DNA of 64,000 nucleotides from a virus. The stretch lies in the IMG/VR virus record IMGVR_UViG_3300011008_000022; one strand, given 5' to 3'. Positions 10,389-16,822 of the stretch are shown one piece after another; position 1 is the stretch's first letter; the number at the start of each line of letters is the position of its first letter. The position numbers and the translations under genes are program-made. Below the pieces are notes generated by a model, which was not told the DNA's origin, ran no database searches, and was given only the letters and a program-made list of their open reading frames with translations.

Positions 10389-11066
10389 ATGGAAAAATTT
10401 AACTATCAACAACCGTGCTGCATCGAGAGCACACTGCCACAGCTGCTGAAGAAATACGACTGGCTGCCATTCCAGACAAGTGGCGATGTGACAGTAGAGA
10501 AAATCCTGAAGGCTGTAAGCTACCTCGCTGGCAACAACCTCGACATCACTATCTGCCTGCCGGCTATCGACGTAACAATCCTGCGCCTATTCGCTTGGTA
10601 CCATAGACGTGGATGGCTGAAAGCGTTTACCGTCTTAACGGCAACAGACCAAAGCGAACTGATCCGTAACGAATTGCCAAAGGAACTGCCACTAACCATC
10701 GTGGATAGTGCCGACATCCCCGAAAACTATGGTATGTTGGTCATCAAAGGTGAACTGAGCAATGTCATCGTCAATGGTCCGATCTTCTCAGTCGTCACAC
10801 CAGGCATCTGTTCCTATACGGCATACTATGGCAAAGACCCAGAGCGTATCGCTCAACTGACCGACACCATCAATGCCCGCATCCGCGTCGCTGATGCCAA
10901 AAAGAAAAGGGCTGCAAGGAAAACAACCCCAAAGAAAAAAGGCACCACCACTCCCGCCTCCGAAGCTCCTGCTCCCGCTGATGGTTCCACTGTGCTCGGC
11001 GATTCTGTCGTCGAGGAAAAAGACTCCACCTCTCCCGCTGCTTCTCCAGCGGGCACTGATGAATAA
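10389..11066 (+). CDS. hypothetical protein with K/T/P-rich C-terminus
   Basis: 225 aa; 4-nt gap from previous gene; C-terminal low-complexity tail contains two in-frame hairpins (10987-11056). Confidence 0.7.
   Translation: MEKFNYQQPCCIESTLPQLLKKYDWLPFQTSGDVTVEKILKAVSYLAGNNLDITICLPAIDVTILRLFAWYHRRGWLKAFTVLTATDQSELIRNELPKELPLTIVDSADIPENYGMLVIKGELSNVIVNGPIFSVVTPGICSYTAYYGKDPERIAQLTDTINARIRVADAKKKRAARKTTPKKKGTTTPASEAPAPADGSTVLGDSVVEEKDSTSPAASPAGTDE
10987..11056 (+). repeat. two family-A-type hairpins in frame in CDS 10389..11066
   Basis: ccactgtgCTCGGCGAttctgTCGTCGAG and ccacctctCCCGCTGcttctcCAGCGGGcac. Confidence 0.75.
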
Positions 11067-11109
11067 CCATACCGCTGCACCGCAACGGTAAATTCGCGTT
11101 ACTCCTGCA

Positions 11110-11186
11110 CCCAGCCGCCCGTTATCGGCTGGGTGTTTTCTTTTCCAGCGCTTCCGCCACTGTGCCCAGCCGTTCTCGGCTGGGTT
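11110..11186 (+). repeat. two family-A hairpins between convergent genes
   Basis: CCCAGCCGcccgttatCGGCTGGGtgttttctttt and ccactgtgCCCAGCCGttctCGGCTGGGtt. Confidence 0.85.
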
Positions 11187-11753
11187 TTATCCTTCTTTCT
11201 GCTGAATGTTGGCCACGGCATCCTTAACCTCCTCCCATGCCACCATTTCCAATTTGCGAGTATCAGGATCATACTCACCAACAAAGGCAATGGCCTCATG
11301 CAAGGCATCATCGGTGCGGTCGGCAATCACAAAGAACTCGAACGGCTCAATAGGAGGCACCTGAACGGAACCAGGCACAAGACCGGCACGGACAGCACGA
11401 CGGATGCGGTCGGCTTCTGCCTTCGGCAATACAACCACCTGAGCCTTGCGCTCACGGATGGCTGCCTGCTCCAACTCACGGGCATGTTCCTCCCACTTCT
11501 CATTCTGCAACTTCCACACCATATAAAGATAGGCGTTATTCAGGAAATTACGCCAGCGCTCCCACCCTTGACCAATAAACACAACTGCCAAAGGCTCGGC
11601 AATATACAAACGACGCTCACGGGCATTCCACATCAGCATGTTCGACTCAAACAGCTGCTCTAAGTAACCAAACACGCGACTGGTTTTCACCATTTCCTTA
11701 CGCTTCTTCTTTGCGGCTCTCTTCTTACGCCACTCCTTAAAAAATCCAAACAT
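11187..11753 (-). CDS. hypothetical protein (188 aa)
   Basis: Natural-looking basic N-terminus; converges on 10389..11066 with hairpins between them; preferred over overlapping + ORF 11133..11663, which starts inside the hairpins. Confidence 0.7.
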   Translation of the reverse strand: MFGFFKEWRKKRAAKKKRKEMVKTSRVFGYLEQLFESNMLMWNARERRLYIAEPLAVVFIGQGWERWRNFLNNAYLYMVWKLQNEKWEEHARELEQAAIRERKAQVVVLPKAEADRIRRAVRAGLVPGSVQVPPIEPFEFFVIADRTDDALHEAIAFVGEYDPDTRKLEMVAWEEVKDAVANIQQKEG

Positions 11754-11778
11754 ATTCTAAAAGTATTAAGTGAAAAAT

Positions 11779-11905
11779 GTTTCGTCTATTGTTCGGCGAT
11801 TGCATCGCCGCTTTTCGTTCTGTGCCCAGCGCTTTTCCGCTGGTCCTGTATGTCGCTATGTCATAGCGACCTTAGCCATCGTGCCCAGCCGTTCTCGGCT
11901 GGGTC
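11779..11905 (+). repeat. composite C-A-B-A hairpin cluster between two minus-strand genes, all in + orientation
   Basis: gtttcgtctattgttcGGCGATtgcATCGCC; tgtgCCCAGCGcttttcCGCTGGtcc; ctgtatGTCGCTATGtCATAGCGAC; ccatcgtgCCCAGCCGttctCGGCTGGGtc. Confidence 0.9.
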
Positions 11906-12220
11906 TTATCCATAGATCTTCGTCCCGTCTATATCCACAATCAGGAAGTCCCACACATACCTGATAGCCCCAGAGTCCACAAACTGCACCCTGCGCAAAT
12001 GCTTACGACGGTCAACATCCAACGAAATCACCATGCCGCTCTCCAGTCGCCCGCTCTTCGTCACAAAACGGACGAAAAACGGCACTCTGGCCAACTTCTG
12101 TACGCCAGGAGGGGGATTGTACCCTACAGTCATCAGTCCCGTGCGTTTATCCTGCCACGTCCACTTCTCTGCGAACATGCGCACCTTCTGCCAGTGCTCA
12201 CTTGGTTGTCTTTTTGGCAT
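11906..12220 (-). CDS. hypothetical protein (104 aa)
   Basis: ATG 12220 (MPKRQPSEHW) lies about 30 nt downstream of a minus-strand -7 box (TATCTTTG, + coords about 12248-12262); track start 12250 would sit inside the promoter. Confidence 0.6.
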   Translation of the reverse strand: MPKRQPSEHWQKVRMFAEKWTWQDKRTGLMTVGYNPPPGVQKLARVPFFVRFVTKSGRLESGMVISLDVDRRKHLRRVQFVDSGAIRYVWDFLIVDIDGTKIYG

Positions 12221-12279
12221 AATGCTCCTTTTTTGATGATTACTTCGCAAAGATAGTTATTCTCCCCTACTCCACCGTG

Positions 12280-12343
12280 ACAAATTTTTCCCCTATTTTT
12301 GAACCAATTTTAGTCAGAATGAAAAATTTTCCCCCTATTTCTT
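12280..12343. promoter_or_regulatory. two direct repeats AAATTTTTCCCCTATTT in a divergent promoter region (candidate operators)
   Basis: caaatttttcccctatttttg and aaaaattttccccctatttcttg between genes 11906..12220(-) and 12402(+). Confidence 0.55.
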
Positions 12344-12364
12344 GTAAATATCAAAATATATTCG

Positions 12365-12372
12365 TATCTTTG
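12365..12372 (+). promoter_or_regulatory. -7 promoter box
   Basis: attcgTATCTTTGcacc upstream of the XRE gene. Confidence 0.65.
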
Positions 12373-12401
12373 CACCAAAAATAACAAAATAAAATAAGAT
12401 T

Positions 12402-12728
12402 ATGACCTCAAAATTAGACCTTAATCGTGCTTTTAGTGAGCACGGAGTTACTTCTAAGACCGTTGCAGAGCGCATCGGACTGACACCACAGACCATCAGC
12501 GCTTATGTCAACGGCAACCCCACCGTCAAGAGCCTCTATCAGATAGCAGATGCACTTGAATGTGATGTGCGCGACCTGTTCTATCCCGTCGAGGATGCCA
12601 CAGAGGAAACCACCACTCCCGATGCCTCTCCATCGGGCACAAACGGCCCTCGTGCCTCTGCTCTGATTACATGTCCGCATTGCGGCACAGTCCTCTCAGC
12701 ATCCCTTTCGGTCTTCAACAAATCATAA
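12402..12728 (+). CDS. XRE/Cro-CI family HTH transcriptional regulator
   Basis: KTVAERIGLTPQTISAYVNG helix-turn-helix; C-terminal CPHCG; in-frame hairpin 12610-12640 (TTTPDASPSGT). Confidence 0.8.
   Translation: MTSKLDLNRAFSEHGVTSKTVAERIGLTPQTISAYVNGNPTVKSLYQIADALECDVRDLFYPVEDATEETTTPDASPSGTNGPRASALITCPHCGTVLSASLSVFNKS
12610..12640 (+). repeat. family-A hairpin, in frame in the XRE regulator gene
   Basis: ccaccactCCCGATGcctctcCATCGGGcac. Confidence 0.85.
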
Positions 12729-12745
12729 ATTCATAAATTCATCAA
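12722..12745 (+). repeat. TTCATMA heptamer array before a start codon
   Basis: atcataaattcataaattcatcaa, ATG at 12749. Confidence 0.75.
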
Positions 12746-12748
12746 ACA

Positions 12749-13276
12749 ATGAAAAAGCAATTATTTTCTTCCCTCCTGTTTTGTTTGGTGTGTTGCTGTG
12801 TTGCAGCAACTTTCCCCCAGTCTGCTAACGCTCAGGTGGAGTTCTCGAAGTTCAAACTCAGTAAGGATGAGCCTTTCGGTGCTTTCCCTGGACGTAAGAT
12901 GCTCAATACCAAATTCAAGGTGACTGCCGACCGCGACCTGAAATATATCCTCGTGGACTATTACATCGTCAATGCCGTTGGCGATGTTATCTCCGGCTAC
13001 ACACAGGCCATCAAGAATGATACCCTGGAGTTCATCAAACCCAAACGCATGGAATGTACTGGTCCATACAACGCAGGCAAGTCCTACTCCCCTTGGGTCA
13101 GCGGTGTAATCACCTACCCTAACAAAGACATCACCGCCTTCCCGTTCCAAATACAAGTCATGTATATGGGCACCGATGATTGGGTCACAATCCCTATCAC
13201 CAAAGATAACCTCACCACCTATTTTCCCTCCCTCAAATGGATTGAATATAGTCGAAAGAATAAGAAAATCCTATAA
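12749..13276 (+). CDS. secreted hypothetical protein (moron candidate)
   Basis: Signal peptide MKKQLFSSLLFCLVCCCVAATFPQSANA; followed by its own terminator at 13285-13313. Confidence 0.75.
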   Translation: MKKQLFSSLLFCLVCCCVAATFPQSANAQVEFSKFKLSKDEPFGAFPGRKMLNTKFKVTADRDLKYILVDYYIVNAVGDVISGYTQAIKNDTLEFIKPKRMECTGPYNAGKSYSPWVSGVITYPNKDITAFPFQIQVMYMGTDDWVTIPITKDNLTTYFPSLKWIEYSRKNKKIL

Positions 13277-13284
13277 TTATTACT

Positions 13285-13313
13285 CCCCGCCGATTTCGGT
13301 GGGGTTTCTTTTT
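13285..13313 (+). terminator. intrinsic terminator (family-A-like stem plus T-run)
   Basis: CCCCGCCGAttTCGGTGGGGtttcttttt. Confidence 0.8.
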
Positions 13314-13341
13314 GCGATGGCATCGCTACAACAATAACAAC

Positions 13342-14475
13342 ATGAATTACAAATCATATCTACCATTGAGCATGGCACTCGCCATGCTTTTCTCTTGCGA
13401 GAAACCTATATTGAATGAAGAGGATGCCAACGACACCCCCAAAACCATCACCTTTCAACTATTCTCCCCTGCACAGACACGTTCCACGAGATCAGCAGCA
13501 GCTATCACCGACTTCAAGAAAATCTATATCTATGACAGTAAAGGTGGCTATCAAGAGCAGCTGCTGGAGCAGTCTGCAGATGACCCCGATTTCGGCTCAC
13601 CAACCATCACCCTCACGGGTGGCCATCACCAACTGACCTTCGCCGCCATCGATAATGCGGATGCCTACCTCGATGGTAGCGTACTCAGACAGGAAACTAT
13701 GGGCGACACGTTCCTGAAAACCATCGACATCAACACTCAGAATGCACCCGCCAACCAGCGCATCGTGCTCAAACGTGTGGTAGCCGGCATCCTCTATAAG
13801 GGAGAGGGCACCGTGACACTCAGCGGACTGCGCAACGGTCTCTCGCTGTCCTCCGCGAAACCCGCTAAGGCAACAACCACAAAGACACTCTCAACGGGAC
13901 AACAGCTCTATACCCTTGTGCCCGATGACGAGACGGTGGTCATGGATGGTAAACGTAACATCCATATCCTCCAGAATGCCTTTACCGTCATCTACGACAA
14001 CGACGGCACACATACCGACCCAGAAGACCCTACCAACGGCGAATATCTCCTGACAGAAAATGATACCGCACAGATCTATGTCGCACGGATGGAACTTACC
14101 GACATCACACTGGAGAATACACCCGACCCGCAAGCCGCCTATGCAGCACAGATGTACCCCAATCGTATGCCTACCCGACGCGAAGCATACGGCTTCGTCA
14201 AAAAGGAACTGCCGGAAGACTTCTGGACGGGTGCCCGATGCCTCGCCTACGACCGACCCGAAGACAAAGGCTTCCTCGGTGCTACTGGTTGGGGCAGTGG
14301 CGACTACTACACCTTCACATGGGGACCTAACGGCACCTCCAACAAAGCAGGCACCAAAACCGCCTACTCTATCAAACCTATCCGCGTAGTCCCCATAGTC
14401 CCAATCTCCCAGTCCTTCACCCTCGACGGCGACTTCACCTGGTCCACTGACACCACCACCGTCGTCAAATTCTGA
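13342..14475 (+). CDS. lipoprotein, possible fimbrillin-like N-terminus and DUF1566-like C-terminus
   Basis: ATG 13342 (track start 13312 is a TTG inside a hairpin); lipobox AMLFS-C; C-terminal WGSGDYYTF...YSIKPIRVV resembles DUF1566-type endings; own terminator 14687-14714. Confidence 0.7.
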   Translation: MNYKSYLPLSMALAMLFSCEKPILNEEDANDTPKTITFQLFSPAQTRSTRSAAAITDFKKIYIYDSKGGYQEQLLEQSADDPDFGSPTITLTGGHHQLTFAAIDNADAYLDGSVLRQETMGDTFLKTIDINTQNAPANQRIVLKRVVAGILYKGEGTVTLSGLRNGLSLSSAKPAKATTTKTLSTGQQLYTLVPDDETVVMDGKRNIHILQNAFTVIYDNDGTHTDPEDPTNGEYLLTENDTAQIYVARMELTDITLENTPDPQAAYAAQMYPNRMPTRREAYGFVKKELPEDFWTGARCLAYDRPEDKGFLGATGWGSGDYYTFTWGPNGTSNKAGTKTAYSIKPIRVVPIVPISQSFTLDGDFTWSTDTTTVVKF

Positions 14476-14496
14476 CTCCGAGATCTACGACACTCA

Positions 14497-14612
14497 CTAC
14501 AACGTAGTCCCAGCGCTCCAAGTAGCATCTGACCTCTACAACGTAGTATCAGTGCTTCAAAGAGTAATCTGAACTCCTACAACGTAGTAAATAGCGTCGT
14601 AACGTAGTAAAA
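14497..14612 (+). repeat. three tandem ~40-bp units starting CTACAACGTAGT, plus a half unit
   Basis: ctacaacgtagt at 14499, 14537 and 14578; cgtaacgtagt at 14599. Confidence 0.8.
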
Positions 14613-14686
14613 TCAAATTTTAATCTAAAATTTTTAGAAACATTTAGTAAACAACATTAAGTTTAACCCAGCGATGCCACCGCAGC

Positions 14687-14714
14687 CCCACCGAACTCAT
14701 CGGTGGGGTTTTTG
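14687..14714 (+). terminator. intrinsic terminator (family-A-like stem plus T-run)
   Basis: CCCCACCGAactcaTCGGTGGGGttttt. Confidence 0.8.
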
Positions 14715-14745
14715 TTTCGTCATTTGCAAGGCGATTGTATCGCCC
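14715..14745 (+). repeat. family-C motif
   Basis: gtttcgtcatttgcaaGGCGATtgtATCGCC directly after terminator 14687-14714. Confidence 0.85.
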
Positions 14746-14761
14746 TAATCTCCGCCCTGCC

Positions 14762-14908
14762 GCACAAAACATCCGCCATGTCGCACAAAACACCCGCCAT
14801 GTCGCACAAAACACCCGCTCAGTCGAACGAAGTACCCGCTCCATCGAACGAAGTACCCGCTCCATCGAACGAAGTACCCGCCATGTCGAACGAAATCACC
14901 GATCTATA
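14762..14908 (+). repeat. seven tandem 21-bp repeats in two subfamilies
   Basis: 3 x cgcacaaaacacccgccatgt-like, then 4 x cgaacgaagtacccgctccat-like, head to tail without spacers. Confidence 0.9.
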
Positions 14909-15012
14909 CCTTTCTACACCGCATTTCTACACCTTTCTATACCTCTCTATACCATTTTCCTCTAACTACATACAACACTTTTCTCTAACTCCATCATTTT
15001 TCCTCTAACTGT
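14905..15012 (+). repeat. short phased repeats (about 10-11 nt TA(C/T)ACCTTTC x5, then TTTTCCTCTAAC x3)
   Basis: ctatacctttc tacaccgcatttc tacacctttc tatacctctc tataccatttt; ttttcctctaac at about 14956, 14981 and 15000. Confidence 0.75.
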
Positions 15013-15019
15013 TCGCCCA

Positions 15020-15115
15020 GGTTGGTACAAACCTTAGTACAACACAGTACAAACCTCTGATTAGGTTAGTACAAACCTTAGTATAACAAAATACTAACCC
15101 CGCTCAGGTTAGTAT
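15020..15115. repeat. palindromic 16-mers AGGTTnGTACAAACCT (x2) plus hairpin TACTAACC/GGTTAGTA
   Basis: aggttggtacaaacct 15020-15035; aggttagtacaaacct 15064-15079; tactaaccccgctcaggttagta 15093-15115. Confidence 0.8.
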
Positions 15116-15121
15116 TTTCTA

Positions 15122-15156
15122 TTCATAAATCCATTATTTCATCAATTCATAATTCA
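15122..15156 (+). repeat. TTCATMA array, orphan (only a 5-codon ORF follows)
   Basis: attcataaatccattatttcatcaattcataattc. Confidence 0.65.
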
Positions 15157-15339
15157 ATGGGATATACAAAATAATTCTTTTATCTTCTAAAAATGAATTA
15201 TTTTGCACACCCCAAAGTTAGTGTGCAGTGCGTGTCAAAAATTGCCACCGATTTGAGGGGTGCGGTGGTAGAGTGCTGCCCAAAATCGCTTGTAACTTAT
15301 TGAAAATCAGAGTAACCACCTCGAAAAAACAGTCCCATT

Positions 15340-15650
15340 CTCGCCCTCGACCGCCGCCTCACTGGATGGGCACCCCCTCCCCCTTCCCCCTGAATTGCTG
15401 CAAATATGCCGCCGGCCCTCCTGGATGGGTGCCTGATGCCCTCGAAGAGGTGCCGAGGGTGTCCGGCTGGCTCAGATCATCACCCAGAACGCCGCCCAGG
15501 GTGCCTCTCTGCTGCCCGTCATCGGTGGCCGGTGGTGGTGCTCTGCTGACATCCTGAAGAGGTGCCCGCGCTGCTGGTGGTGCTCTGCCGGTGCTCATGG
15601 ATGCCAGAACCGCCGCCCAGGGTGCCGAGGTGGTGCCGGTGGTGGTGTGT
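15340..15650. repeat. GC-rich non-coding block with internal direct repeats and about 7 RGGTGCC motifs
   Basis: gaagaggtgcc x2 (15445, 15557); ccgcccagggtgcc x2 (15492, 15611); ggtggtgctctgc x2 (15535, 15578); ctggatggg x2 (15362, 15422); flanked by AT-rich DNA. Confidence 0.7.
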
Positions 15651-15740
15651 GCTTTTATATATATAATAAGGTAAAACAAAGTATAATTTGTTTATAAGTG
15701 TTAAAAATTCGATTAAATACGAATTTATTTTGTTTTTTGT

Positions 15741-15772
15741 TTGGTGGTATCAAATTTTATTTTTACCTTTGC
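15741..15772 (+). promoter_or_regulatory. -33 TTTG / -7 TACCTTTG promoter
   Basis: tttgg...(20 nt)...tacctttg upstream of the 15826 gene. Confidence 0.6.
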
Positions 15773-15825
15773 AGCAGATTTAAAAAGTTATTCACCGCGC
15801 CACCGGCGCACAAAATTAAAAAATT

Positions 15826-16176
15826 ATGAAAAATTCCGCTTTTGTTCTCGCTTTGATGCAGATTGCAACCGCTAACCCTGAAGGATTCACCGTTAACGCT
15901 CAGACCTTGCAACCAATTACAAAAGGCTACGCCGTAGCCCTGGCAGATACTCAGAACAGCCACGACACCGCCGGCCTTCTCTCTGTTATAGACTACGCCC
16001 AGAACCACGCCGACACCGTGAACGCGATCGGCGGATGGCTCGACACTGAAAGTAACAAATTTTATTTTGATGCTACAGTAATTTGTGACGATCTCGAAGC
16101 CGCGTTAATACTGGGCCGCCGTAATAATCAGATCGCAATTTTTGACCTGGAGAAAATGGAAGAAATCAGGCTTTAA
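15826..16176 (+). CDS. hypothetical protein (116 aa), GC-richer island
   Basis: Preceded by -33/-7 promoter at 15741-15772; GCC-rich codon usage differs from neighbouring genes. Confidence 0.65.
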   Translation: MKNSAFVLALMQIATANPEGFTVNAQTLQPITKGYAVALADTQNSHDTAGLLSVIDYAQNHADTVNAIGGWLDTESNKFYFDATVICDDLEAALILGRRNNQIAIFDLEKMEEIRL

Positions 16177-16223
16177 AGCCTGGTTTCTCTCCTCATGTTA
16201 TAACCGTTTAATATTATTATATT

Positions 16224-16430
16224 ATGACTAATTATGCCCGCATCTATCGCGCCGAACTTCAGGAACTGAAGCCCGCACCCGCTTTTTATCGTTTCGCGCT
16301 GCGTCTCGTCATCGCTGCCGCCCGTATCGCTGACCGCTACCCGCGCACCGTTTCCGCTATCCTCTGGGCCGGCTCTCTCTGGGCTGTCGTTTATATCTTT
16401 TTAAATTATCGTTTTACTACTTATTTATAA
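16224..16430 (+). CDS. small membrane protein (68 aa)
   Basis: Two hydrophobic segments; tightly spaced with flanking genes. Confidence 0.55.
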   Translation: MTNYARIYRAELQELKPAPAFYRFALRLVIAAARIADRYPRTVSAILWAGSLWAVVYIFLNYRFTTYL

Positions 16431-16434
16431 AACT

Positions 16435-16770
16435 ATGAACACCACAAAGAACACCACCACCGCCGCCCCTGTTGCTGATTCTGAGGGCCGCCGCTGTTAT
16501 ACTTATATTATCGCCGTTTCTGGCCGTCTCTGGAGCCTGTGCGCTTCTGAATGGTGGGGAACCCCTGACGAAATGAGAACGAACGCCGCGAGCATGGCAA
16601 CCGCCGCCCGCATTTTCCGACACTCTGCCGCCGTTGCTGTCTATGAGCTGCGAAACGATGACTATTTATATTTTGTGCATGGTTGCGAGCTGCCAGGAAC
16701 CAACGACGCACCGGCCACCTTCCACCGCTACGCCCCGCCAGTGATCCGCCGCCAGTGTGCCAACAAATAA
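16435..16770 (+). CDS. hypothetical protein (111 aa)
   Basis: ATG 4 nt after previous stop. Confidence 0.6.
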   Translation: MNTTKNTTTAAPVADSEGRRCYTYIIAVSGRLWSLCASEWWGTPDEMRTNAASMATAARIFRHSAAVAVYELRNDDYLYFVHGCELPGTNDAPATFHRYAPPVIRRQCANK

Positions 16771-16822
16771 CCCCTATTTATAGTCCGTTTTATTATTCAC
16801 AGATTTTTAAAATTTTCCGATT

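Noticed and set aside
11133-11663. + strand ORF 11133..11663 (176 aa)
   Set aside because: It starts inside the hairpin pair and has an odd composition. The overlapping minus-strand ORF 11187..11753 has natural sequence and fits the convergent-terminator layout.
14644-15008. ORFs 14703..15008, 14735..14965 (+) and 14644..14865 (-)
   Set aside because: They are translations of the 21-bp and 10-11-nt tandem repeats, giving periodic peptides such as HKTPAMS and ERSTRSI. They lack start context and overlap a terminator and a family-C motif.
15228-15679. ORFs 15228..15557 (+) and 15359..15679 (-) in the GC-rich block
   Set aside because: Low-complexity Pro/Gly/Ala-rich translations on both strands, internal DNA repeats, and no promoter or start context. 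Treated as non-coding.
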